Shown here piece after piece: positions 24,066 through 31,880 of a DNA stretch of 32,000 bases. A program made the position numbers and the translations under genes. Numbering within the stretch: the stretch's first letter is position 1; the number at the start of each line of letters is the position of its first letter. This stretch comes from Candidatus Methylomirabilis limnetica (GTDB lineage Bacteria; Methylomirabilota; Methylomirabilia; Methylomirabilales; Methylomirabilaceae), in assembly GCF_003044035.1 (NCBI RefSeq), contig NZ_NVQC01000015.1:120001-152000 (forward strand), read 5' to 3'. The notes beneath the pieces are model-generated. The model was not told the DNA's origin. It made no database searches and saw only the letters and a program-made list of their open reading frames with translations.

Positions 24066-24451
24066 TCGTAGACAGCTCAGCAGTACTCGCGATTCTGTTT
24101 AACGAGCGCGACGCCGACACCTATGCCCACGCGCTCGCCCGGGCCGATGTCTGCCGAATGTCCGCCGCCAACTTCGTCGAAGTGGCGATCGTCGTCGAAG
24201 CGCAAACTACTGAGAGCGGCAGCCGGCAGTTAGACGCCTTCTTCCGGCGCGCCGGCATCGCCATCGAAGCCGTGACTGAGGAGCAGGCGCACGTGGCGCG
24301 GCAGGCCTATACGGATTTCGGGAAGGGCCGGCATCCGGCCGGCCTGAACTTCGGCGATTGCTTCGCCTATGCGCTCGCCAAGGTCACCGGCGAGTCGCTC
24401 CTCTTTAAGGGTGAGGATTTCAACAAAACCGACATCACGTCCGCTCTCTGA
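24062..24451 (+). CDS. vapC: VapC PIN-domain ribonuclease toxin
   Basis: MIVDSSAVLAILFNE... (first acidic residue), ...NFVEV..., ...LNFGDCFAYALA..., ...LLFKGEDFNKTDI. Confidence 0.9.
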   Translation: MIVDSSAVLAILFNERDADTYAHALARADVCRMSAANFVEVAIVVEAQTTESGSRQLDAFFRRAGIAIEAVTEEQAHVARQAYTDFGKGRHPAGLNFGDCFAYALAKVTGESLLFKGEDFNKTDITSAL

Positions 24452-24502
24452 ACGTGAATTCCCGCGTTAGATGAGGTCAGCTCTCAGCCGGGATCTGGGC
24501 CC

Positions 24503-26359
24503 CTAGGACTTCTGGGGCTGAAGCAACTGCGTCAGGGCCTCCCGATCGACCACCTCCTTTTCCAGTAGCAGCTTGCCAAGCGCGTCCAATTCGCCGCGTC
24601 TGGCGGCAAGCGTCTGCTCGACTCGGGTGTGGGCATCGTCCAGGAGCTTCCGGATCTCCTCATCGATCGCCTGAGCAGTCTGCTCGCTATACTCCCGTAC
24701 CCCCTGAGGCTTCGAGATATTGAGGAAGGCAGAGGCACGCGGCTCTTCGAACGTCGCCAAGCCGAGATGTTCGCTCATCCCGTACTGGGTCACCATGAGG
24801 CGGGCCATATCGGTGGCCCGCTGGAGATCATCCTGGGCCCCGGTGGAGACGTCCCCGAAAACGAGTTCTTCGGCCACCCGACCCCCCAGGAGCACGTCGA
24901 GTCGATCAAGGAGGTCGGCCCTTTTGAGCAGGTACCGATCCTCCGTGGGCAACTGCTGCGTGTAGCCGAGCGCGGCCACACCGCGAGGGATGATGGAGAT
25001 CTTCGAGACGCGGTCGGCGCGAGGGCGGGACTCCGCTACCAGGGCATGGCCGGCCTCGTGGTAGGCGACCGTTTCTTTCTCCGCGGGATTCATCACCCGG
25101 GTCTTCTTTTCGAGGCCGCCCACGATCCGGTCGATCGCCTCATCGAAATCCGCCATCTCCACCGCATCCTTGCCCTTCCGCGCAGCAAGAAGCGCCGCCT
25201 CGTTCACCAGGTTGGCCAGATCGGCGCCCACGAACCCCGGGGTCCTCGCGGCGATGACCGAGAGGTCAACCTCTGGCGAGAGCTTGACCGGCTTGGCATG
25301 CACCTGGAGGATCTTCTCCCGACCCCTGATATCGGGGCGATCGAGGGCTATGTGTCGGTCGAAACGCCCGGGGCGGAGCAAGGCTGGATCGAGGATCTCC
25401 GGGCGGTTCGTCGCGGCCAGGATGATCACGCCCTTGTTCGTGTCGAAGCCGTCCATCTCCACCAGCAGTTGGTTGAGGGTCTGCTCGCGTTCATCGTGTC
25501 CGCCCATCGGATTGAGCCCGCGAGCCTTTCCGAGAGCATCCAGCTCATCGATAAAGATGATGCAGGGGGCCTTTTCTTGAGCCTGGGCAAAGAGGTCCCG
25601 CACCCGAGCCGCCCCGACCCCCACGAACATCTCGACGAATTCCGACCCACTCATGCTAAAGAATGGGACCCCTGCCTCCCCGGCCACCGCCTTGGCCAGC
25701 AGCGTCTTCCCGGTCCCTGGGGCCCCGACGATCAGGGCCCCTTTGGGGATCTTCCCCCCAAGCCGACGGTACCGCTCGGGCGTCTTCAGGAATTCGACAA
25801 TCTCCATCAGCTCAGTACGCGCCTCGTCGATCCCCGCCACATCTGCGAAGGTCACGCCAGTCTCTTTCTCCATGTACACTTTAGCCTTGCTCTTCCCAAT
25901 CGCCATCAGACCGCTCGCCGGTCCTCCGACCCGCTTCATGAGAAACGCCCACACACCAACAAAGATCAGAGCAGGGAGTACCCAGGAGAGCAGGGTGATA
26001 AACCATGTGCTCTCCACCTCGCCAGCGAAACGCACCTTCGAAGCCTCCAGCTCCTGGATCAGGGTCGGATCGCTGACCCGGATGGTCACGAATCGATGCT
26101 CCCCATCGGCTAACCGTTGAATCTCCTCCACCTTCTCTTTGGAGAGGAGCCCCTCGAGCCCCTCCCGCTTTAGCCGCCCGGAGATGATACGCTCACCGAG
26201 GGACAGGTCTTCCACCTTGCTGGCTTTCAGGAGTACCTTGAAATCGCTGTACAAGAGGGTCTCAGTGTGGCGGGCTATCAGGAACTCGTGAATCCCCAGC
26301 ACAAGCCAAAAGGCGGCTATGAAGTACCAGAGAGCAAACTGCCGTTGCTTCTTTTCCAT
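24503..26359 (-). CDS. ftsH: ATP-dependent zinc metalloprotease FtsH
   Basis: Two N-terminal TM segments, Walker [24 protein letters not shown], Zn site HEAGHAL. Start moved to the ATG at 26359 (Met-4), 8 nt after AAGGAG. Confidence 0.95.
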   Translation of the reverse strand: MEKKQRQFALWYFIAAFWLVLGIHEFLIARHTETLLYSDFKVLLKASKVEDLSLGERIISGRLKREGLEGLLSKEKVEEIQRLADGEHRFVTIRVSDPTLIQELEASKVRFAGEVESTWFITLLSWVLPALIFVGVWAFLMKRVGGPASGLMAIGKSKAKVYMEKETGVTFADVAGIDEARTELMEIVEFLKTPERYRRLGGKIPKGALIVGAPGTGKTLLAKAVAGEAGVPFFSMSGSEFVEMFVGVGAARVRDLFAQAQEKAPCIIFIDELDALGKARGLNPMGGHDEREQTLNQLLVEMDGFDTNKGVIILAATNRPEILDPALLRPGRFDRHIALDRPDIRGREKILQVHAKPVKLSPEVDLSVIAARTPGFVGADLANLVNEAALLAARKGKDAVEMADFDEAIDRIVGGLEKKTRVMNPAEKETVAYHEAGHALVAESRPRADRVSKISIIPRGVAALGYTQQLPTEDRYLLKRADLLDRLDVLLGGRVAEELVFGDVSTGAQDDLQRATDMARLMVTQYGMSEHLGLATFEEPRASAFLNISKPQGVREYSEQTAQAIDEEIRKLLDDAHTRVEQTLAARRGELDALGKLLLEKEVVDREALTQLLQPQKS

Positions 26360-26529
26360 CGCGCTCACTCCTTAAGCCAAACCACTATTCCCCTTCGTTG
26401 AGTAGCCCCAGTGTGTCACAGCCCATGCCTACTTTTCAAGGGGATCAGTATAACCCCTACAATTTTCGGAAGAACCACACTGTTACCAAGGTCCCCAGAA
26501 CGGACGGTTTTGTCTTGCCATGAGCCTAT

Positions 26530-26645
26530 CCTGCAAACCCCTTGTTGTGCTTCGACTGGCTCAGCACGAACGGGAAAGCGTCAATCTTTTTAATGTCCAT
26601 TCCGTTCGCCCTGAGCATGTCGAAGGGTGAACGGGGGTTTGCGGG
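26530..26645. repeat. 116-nt compound palindrome built from two inverted TTCGAC...GCTCAG...GAACGG units
   Basis: Inner arms: CTTCGACTGGCTCAGCACGAACGG (26550-26573) against CCGTTCGCCCTGAGCATGTCGAAG (26602-26625). Outer arms: CCTGCAAACCCC (26530-26541) against GGGGTTTGCGGG (26634-26645). Confidence 0.75.
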
Positions 26646-26703
26646 ACAGGCTCAATAGTGTCTGTCCCTATTTCCTATACAATCGCCAATATCTCGACAG
26701 AGG

Positions 26704-26744
26704 GATTCCGCTCATGGTTCGACAAGCTCACCACGAACGGAATC
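26704..26744. repeat. third copy of the TTCGAC...GAACGG unit inside a GATTCCG/CGGAATC hairpin
   Basis: GATTCCG-CTCATGGTTCGACAAGCTCACCACGAA-CGGAATC. Confidence 0.6.
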
Positions 26745-26880
26745 TAAAGGGGATTTATGACGCACTACGATAGCGAAGAGGAGAAGACTGGCAATCCTTG
26801 ACCGACGAGAGCTTCTGATGCTGCGGGATCAGAGAGGCGTAGAGAGGTGGAGGCCAACGATCAGGCGCACAGATGATCTC

Positions 26881-27933
26881 TCAGGGGAACTGCTGGAGGA
26901 AGCGAAGGTCGTTGCCGTGGAAGAAGCGGATGTCGTCGATGCCGTACTTGAGCATGGCTACGCGCGCTGGCCCTAGACCGAACGCGAAGCCGGAGTAGCG
27001 TGCCGGGTCGTACCCAACGCGCGTCAGGACATTCGGATGCACCATCCCTGCGCCCAGGATCTCCAGCCACCCGCTCTCCTTGCACAGCCGGCAGCCCGCG
27101 CCCTTGCAGCGGAAACAATCGATCGACATATCGACGCCCGGCTCGACGAAGGGAAAATAGTCACACCGAAAGCGGATCTTCCGGTCTTTGCCAAACAGGC
27201 GCTGAACGAAGGTATACAATGTCCCCTTCAGATCGGCGAAGGTCACGCCCTCATCGACCGCCAGCCCTTCGATCTGATGAAACTGACTCTCGTGGCTGGC
27301 GTCCACCGCTTCGTACCGATAACAGGTCCCTGGCACCACCACGCGGATCGGTGGCTTGGTCTGTTCCATGATTCGGATCTGCATCGGTGAGGTGTGCGTT
27401 CTGAGCAGCATTGGTTTATCGACCGAGATGCTTGCCGGATCAATCCAGAAGGTGTCCCACATGTCCCGGGCCGGGTGATCCTCTGGAATGTTCAGGGCCT
27501 CGAAGTTATAGTAGTCCCACTCAACATCAGGCCCCTCGATGACGGCGAAACCCATCTCTACGAAGACTTGGCAGATCTCACGCATGATCTGCGTCAGGGG
27601 ATGCAGGCGCCCCAACGTCGGACGCCGCCCTGGAAGGGTGATGTCGATCTGGTCTGTTGCCAGCACATCATCACTTGGGATCGATTCCAGGCTCGCCCGC
27701 TGGGCTGTAATGCTCGCTTCAATCGCTTGCTTAACCTGGTTGGCCAACAGACCGATCACTGGCCGCTCCTGAGGCGACAGCGTAACCAATTGCCGAAGGA
27801 TCGCCGTCAATCTGGCCTTGCGGCCGAGAAAATGCACGCGCGCCCGTTCGAGCTGTGCCGCGTCTGCGCTCTGCTGAATCTGATCGAGAGCCGCCGCTCT
27901 TAGATCCTCCAGCTCCTGCCTCAGCGCCTCCAC
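26881..27933 (-). CDS. pheS: phenylalanine--tRNA ligase alpha subunit
   Basis: Class II motifs: ...HPLTQIMREI...FVEMGF, ...LLRTHTSPMQIR, ...RCDYFPFVEPG..., GAGMVHPNVL...SGFAFGLGPARVAML. I prefer the GTG at 27933 behind GGAGGAG. The listed ATG at 27975 lies inside a terminator hairpin. Confidence 0.9.
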   Translation of the reverse strand: MEALRQELEDLRAAALDQIQQSADAAQLERARVHFLGRKARLTAILRQLVTLSPQERPVIGLLANQVKQAIEASITAQRASLESIPSDDVLATDQIDITLPGRRPTLGRLHPLTQIMREICQVFVEMGFAVIEGPDVEWDYYNFEALNIPEDHPARDMWDTFWIDPASISVDKPMLLRTHTSPMQIRIMEQTKPPIRVVVPGTCYRYEAVDASHESQFHQIEGLAVDEGVTFADLKGTLYTFVQRLFGKDRKIRFRCDYFPFVEPGVDMSIDCFRCKGAGCRLCKESGWLEILGAGMVHPNVLTRVGYDPARYSGFAFGLGPARVAMLKYGIDDIRFFHGNDLRFLQQFP

Positions 27934-27942
27934 CTCTCCTCC

Positions 27943-27973
27943 ATAACACAAAGCCCCGACACGGGGTCGGGGC
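27943..27973 (-). terminator. intrinsic terminator/attenuator-like hairpin just upstream of pheS
   Basis: The minus strand reads GCCCCGAC-CCCGT-GTCGGGGC, then TTTGTGTTAT. Confidence 0.6.
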
Positions 27974-28014
27974 ATACCTCAGTCCACAACTATGCGATCC
28001 TTAGGCCCAATACT

Positions 28015-28188
28015 AATGAACCGGAGTATCGTCTTCTGTTCTGGCCAGTCATTCCGTGCTTGACACGCCTGCCCCGTACTGGATACGGGGCCTGCCCCGT
28101 ACTTGATACGGGGAATCCAGTCGGGCCCTTCTGGATACCGGCTTCCGCCGGTATGACGAACTTGCGACAAGTCGCGGGGAACGAACCC
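28015..28188 (+). repeat. mosaic hairpin-chain repeat, copy C (two tandem 23-nt modules, 5' hairpin missing)
   Basis: Collinear with copies A and B. Units at 28068-28090 and 28091-28113. Lies between rplT and pheS. Confidence 0.85.
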
Positions 28189-28206
28189 ACAGTAGATTTA
28201 CTTGAG

Positions 28207-28246
28207 CCGTTGGTGATGAGCGGTTCGACAGGCTCAGGGCGAACGG
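28207..28246. repeat. fourth copy of the TTCGAC...GCTCAGG...GAACGG unit
   Basis: CCGTTGGTGATGAGCGGTTCGACAGGCTCAGGGCGAACGG, immediately downstream of rplT. Confidence 0.6.
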
Positions 28247-28276
28247 TTGGGAGGGCCTAGGTGAACAGCATTGTCC

Positions 28277-28636
28277 TTAGGCCGCCACCTGCTCCCGCGC
28301 GACCTCCGCCAATTTGTTGAATGTCGATGGATCATGGATGGCGAGATCGGCCAAGGCCTTCCTATCGACAGCCACGCCGGCCTTTTTGAGACCACCCATC
28401 AGAACGCTGTACGACAGGCCACTCAGGCGCGCCGCCGCATTGATCCGTATGATCCACAGGCCGCGGAAGTCCCGCTTGCGAGCCTTGCGGTCGCGATAGG
28501 CGTACCGCCTCGCCCGATCGACCGCCTCCTGCGCGCTCCTGTAGGCCTTACTCCGCTTTCCCCAGAATCCCTCCGCTTCCTTGAGGACCCTGTTCCTACG
28601 TTGTCTTGTCTTAAAACCACCTTTTGCGCGTGGCAT
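28277..28636 (-). CDS. rplT: 50S ribosomal protein L20
   Basis: [39 protein letters not shown]...[16 protein letters not shown]. Confidence 0.97.
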   Translation of the reverse strand: MPRAKGGFKTRQRRNRVLKEAEGFWGKRSKAYRSAQEAVDRARRYAYRDRKARKRDFRGLWIIRINAAARLSGLSYSVLMGGLKKAGVAVDRKALADLAIHDPSTFNKLAEVAREQVAA

Positions 28637-28679
28637 CCTATTCTCCCAACCTCCTCGATTAGCCCTGGCCCCCCGCCAT

Positions 28680-28883
28680 TTACTTCCCCTGATAGGGGAT
28701 CAGGCGCCGCATTCTGGCAGTATCCGCCTTAGATACCAGATCTGACTGCCGCAGAGTTCGTTTCCGCTTTCTCGATTTACCGGTCAGTAAGTGGCTCTTC
28801 GCCGCTTTGTGGCGTGCAATTTTGTTCGTTCCCGTTACCTTGAACCGTTTGGCCGCTCCTTTGAGGGTCTTGATCTTCGGCAC
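28680..28883 (-). CDS. rpmI: 50S ribosomal protein L35
   Basis: [42 protein letters not shown]. Confidence 0.95.
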   Translation of the reverse strand: MPKIKTLKGAAKRFKVTGTNKIARHKAAKSHLLTGKSRKRKRTLRQSDLVSKADTARMRRLIPYQGK

Positions 28884-28898
28884 CGTCGCTCCTCTCTA

Positions 28899-29426
28899 TC
28901 AATGCTTGGGGGTGAGGATCATCACCATGTTCCGACCCTCCTGCCTGGGGCGTTGCTCGATCATGGCGGCCTCTTTGAGCGCCTCTGCGAAGCGGTCCAA
29001 GAGCACCTTCCCGCGATCGATATGAACCATTTCCCGTCCTCGGAACATCATGGTTATCTTGGCCTTATTCCCCTCCTTCAAGAAGCGCTCGGCGTGCTTG
29101 GCCTTAAACTGAAAATCGTGATCCTCGGTCTTGGGCCGGAGCTTGATCTCTTTGATCTGGACGACCGTCTGCTTCTTTCTTGCCTCCCGTACCTTCTTAC
29201 TCTGCTCGTACCGATACTTCCCGTAGTTCATGATCCGGCAGACAGGCGGCTTAGCGTCCGGCGCCACTTCCACCAAGTCGAGCGAAAGTTTCAGGGCAGC
29301 ATCGAGGGCTTCCTGAATCGGCAGGATGCCAAGTTGCGCCCCCTCTGCACTGATCACCCTCACCTCTTTGACCCGAATCCGATCATTCACCCGAACACTT
29401 CTACTGATGGACGTTCCCTCCTTCAT
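28899..29426 (-). CDS. infC: translation initiation factor IF-3 (start uncertain: ATG 29426 or non-canonical ATC 29408)
   Basis: ...RVNDRIRVKEVRVISAEGAQLGILPIQEALDAA...PPVCRIMNYGKYRYEQSKK...VKEIKLRPKTEDHDFQFK...KITMMFRGRE. Confidence 0.9.
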   Translation of the reverse strand: MKEGTSISRSVRVNDRIRVKEVRVISAEGAQLGILPIQEALDAALKLSLDLVEVAPDAKPPVCRIMNYGKYRYEQSKKVREARKKQTVVQIKEIKLRPKTEDHDFQFKAKHAERFLKEGNKAKITMMFRGREMVHIDRGKVLLDRFAEALKEAAMIEQRPRQEGRNMVMILTPKH

Positions 29427-31443
29427 GTTGAGCCAGCCCGGTAGTCTTCACGGCTGGCTTGAGTTCCTCTTGGATCGCGGCTACGAATCCTTCGATCGGC
29501 ATGACGCCCATATCCAGTCCACCGCGCTTCCGCACCGAGACGGTGCCTAGTGTACTCTCTTTTTCTCCTACTACAAGGATATAGGGGATCTTCTGCACTT
29601 CGGCATCTCGAATCTTATAGCCAACCTTCTCATTCCGCACGTCTACTTCCGTGCGCACCCCTGTAGCTCTTAGCTGGTCGGATACCTGCTTGGCATACGG
29701 CTGGAAGCGATCTGCCACCGGTACCAGCCGGGCCTGCACTGGCGCAAGCCATGTTGGGAAGGCGCCTGCATGGTGCTCGATCAACACCCCAAAGAATCGC
29801 TCCAGCGATCCGAGAACCGCACGATGGACCATGAAGGGTCGATGCGGTCGGTTATCCTCCCCGACATAGGTGATGTCGAAACGTTCGGGTAAATTAAAGT
29901 CGAACTGAACTGTCGTACACTGCCACGAGCGGCCCAGCGCATCTTTTACCTTGAGATCGATCTTCGGCCCATAGAAGGCGCCGCCCCCTTCGTCGATCTG
30001 ATACGAGAGCCCCGCCTGATCGGCTGCCTGGCGCAGCGCCTCGGTTGCGTCATTCCAGAGCTTCAGGTCCCCAATCGCCTTCTCCGGCCGGGTGGCAATG
30101 TAGGCGTCATACCGATCAAAGCCAAAGGCACCGAGGAACGCGACACTGAAATTGACGGCGCGAGCCACCTCATCCACCATCTGCGCCGGCGTGCAGAAGA
30201 TGTGCGCGTCGTCTTGTGTAAACCCCCGAACGCGCAGGAGCCCATGCAACACGCCAACGCGCTCGAAGCGATAGACCGTTCCCAACTCAGCGAACCGCAC
30301 CGGCAGCTCTCGGTAGCTCCTGACCTTGGACTGAAAGATCTTGATATGGAAGGGGCAGTTCATCGGCTTGACGTAATAGTCGTTCCCTTCCATCTCCATT
30401 TTCGGATACATGTACTCCTGGTAGAAGTCAAGATGGCCGCTGGTCTCCCACAGCTTCACCCGGCCGATGTGCGGCGTATAGACGAGATCGTAGTCGTTGT
30501 TGAGATGCTCCTGACGCCACAGATCCTCAATCAGCTTTCGGACTAACGCCCCCTTAGGATGCCATAAGATCAGTCCGCCGCCAACCTCATCATCCACGCT
30601 GAAGAGGTCCAGTTCGCGGCCCAGGCGTCGATGGTCCCGCCGTTTCGCCTCCTCCAGGAGAAGCAGGTGTGCCTCAAGCGCATCCTGGGTCGGAAAGGCG
30701 ATCCCATAGATTCTGGTTAACATCGGTCGCCGCTCATCACCACGCCAGTAGGCGCCTGCCAAATGGGTCAGTCGGAAGAAGCGGATCACCGACGTATCGA
30801 GCACGTGTGGGCCACGGCAGAGATCGACAAAACCGCCGGTGGTGTAGAAGCTGACCTGCTCTGCGGCGGGGTCTAACTCGTGCGCCAGTTCATCCTGCTC
30901 GGCGGCTTTCGCGCACGCCATCGCCCGGCCTTGGATGGTCTCCAGGAGCTCCACCTTGTACGGCTGGTTCAGTGCCGTCACCTTCGCAATCGCCTCTTCC
31001 AGTGGAACCTCAAGCCTGGCGAACGGGAGCCGTTGCCCCGACAGCTCGCGCATCTTGGCCTCAATGACCGGCAAATCGTCCGGGGTGAGCGGACGAGTGG
31101 GCTCGATGTCATAGTAGAAGCCATCCTGAATCGCCGGACCGATGGCAAATTGTGAGCCGGGCAGAAGTTGCTGTACAGCGGCTGCCATCAGGTGGGCGGC
31201 GCTGTGCCGGAGCATCGAGAGCCCTTCTGCAGAGGTGGCGGTGATAAACTTCACCCGGGCCTCTTGATCGATGAGACTACCCAGATCGACAAGACGCCCA
31301 TTGACGTTCGCCCCGATCGTCTCCTTCTTGGCCGCCGGATCCACGACCTCCAGCACATCCAGCACGGTCACGCTGGGCGGGAAATCATATCGCCGTCCGT
31401 CGTCCAGGGTGACAACGATCGATTGTGTCTGGATCTCACTCAC
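29401..31443 (-). CDS. thrS: threonine--tRNA ligase
   Basis: TGS-like N-terminus (IVVTLDDGRRYDF), editing-domain HSAAHLMAAAV, class II core (...FRLTHLAGAYWRGD..., ...YVKPMNCPFH..., ...RVRGFTQDDAHIF..., ...GAFYGPKID...), anticodon-binding tail. GTG start. Confidence 0.95.
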   Translation of the reverse strand: MSEIQTQSIVVTLDDGRRYDFPPSVTVLDVLEVVDPAAKKETIGANVNGRLVDLGSLIDQEARVKFITATSAEGLSMLRHSAAHLMAAAVQQLLPGSQFAIGPAIQDGFYYDIEPTRPLTPDDLPVIEAKMRELSGQRLPFARLEVPLEEAIAKVTALNQPYKVELLETIQGRAMACAKAAEQDELAHELDPAAEQVSFYTTGGFVDLCRGPHVLDTSVIRFFRLTHLAGAYWRGDERRPMLTRIYGIAFPTQDALEAHLLLLEEAKRRDHRRLGRELDLFSVDDEVGGGLILWHPKGALVRKLIEDLWRQEHLNNDYDLVYTPHIGRVKLWETSGHLDFYQEYMYPKMEMEGNDYYVKPMNCPFHIKIFQSKVRSYRELPVRFAELGTVYRFERVGVLHGLLRVRGFTQDDAHIFCTPAQMVDEVARAVNFSVAFLGAFGFDRYDAYIATRPEKAIGDLKLWNDATEALRQAADQAGLSYQIDEGGGAFYGPKIDLKVKDALGRSWQCTTVQFDFNLPERFDITYVGEDNRPHRPFMVHRAVLGSLERFFGVLIEHHAGAFPTWLAPVQARLVPVADRFQPYAKQVSDQLRATGVRTEVDVRNEKVGYKIRDAEVQKIPYILVVGEKESTLGTVSVRKRGGLDMGVMPIEGFVAAIQEELKPAVKTTGLAQHEGGNVHQ

Positions 31444-31464
31444 TCTGTGTGTCCGTTCTCAATA

Positions 31465-31502
31465 CAGAGAAGGGCATCATGCCGTTGTGATGCCCTTCTC
31501 TG
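31465..31502 (-). other. perfect 15-bp stem-loop between tRNA-Val and thrS
   Basis: The minus strand reads CAGAGAAGGGCATCA-CAACGGCA-TGATGCCCTTCTCTG and ends 21 nt before the thrS GTG. No U-tract. Confidence 0.5.
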
Positions 31503-31545
31503 ACCAGATGATTCTACCCGCGGCAACATCGGGTGTCATGCACAA

Positions 31546-31620
31546 TGGTAGGCACGGGCGGTCTTGAACCGCCGACCTCTTGCGTGTCAAGCAAGCGCTC
31601 TCCCCCTGAGCTACGTGCCT
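31546..31620 (-). tRNA. tRNA-Val (anticodon GAC), CCA encoded
   Basis: Folded by hand: acceptor AGGCACG/CGTGCCT, D arm GCTC-AGGGGGA-GAGC, anticodon arm CTTGC-TTGACAC-GCAAG, variable AGGTC, T arm GGCGG-TTCAAGA-CCGCC, discriminator A, CCA. Total 75 nt. Confidence 0.95.
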
Positions 31621-31654
31621 AAATCTTCTCCCAGCTTCACAATTACAGGAGCAT

Positions 31655-31684
31655 ATCTTCAATCACTTAGGCCCATTCTGTCAA
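31655..31684 (-). promoter_or_regulatory. sigma-70-type promoter candidate for tRNA-Val/thrS
   Basis: Minus strand: TTGACA (31684-31679), 18 nt, GAAGAT (31660-31655), ~35 nt upstream of the tRNA 5' end. The -10 is weak. Confidence 0.35.
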
Positions 31685-31740
31685 GGGAAAAGGCAAGACC
31701 CGAGAACAGCGATGGACTTCGCAACCCCTCGACTCCTTGC

Positions 31741-31817
31741 GTCATTGCGAGCACCCGCAGGGTGCGCGGCAATCTCAGTACAACAATGCGAGATTGCTTC
31801 ACTTCGTTCGCAATGAC
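31741..31817. repeat. nested inverted repeat GTCATTGCGA...TCGCAATGAC
   Basis: Outer arms at 31741-31750 and 31808-31817. Inner arms GCAATCTC (31769-31776) and GAGATTGC (31790-31797). Confidence 0.7.
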
Positions 31818-31880
31818 AACTTCCTATCTCTGTTCTTGGGGTAAGATGTGGGGCAGGGTTGGGTAGTGGACAACCACCGA

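Noticed and set aside
24629-26113. 494-aa plus-strand ORF
   Set aside because: It is antisense to ftsH, whose identity is unambiguous. It has no motifs.
26643-26668. DosR-box-like GGGAC...GTCCC palindrome
   Set aside because: The only GGGACAG/CTGTCCC pair has a 12-nt spacer and sits in the ftsH/pheS spacer, not upstream of the stress genes. I found no shared operator upstream of the island by eye.
27934-27975. ATG 27975 as the pheS start
   Set aside because: The codon lies within the 8-bp GC stem of the terminator-like hairpin and lacks an SD. The GTG at 27933 has GGAGGAG upstream.
31444-31545. T-box riboswitch or E. coli-type thrS operator
   Set aside because: The spacer is only ~100 nt. 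It has no T-box sequence, no specifier-loop architecture and no anticodon-like NGU loop.
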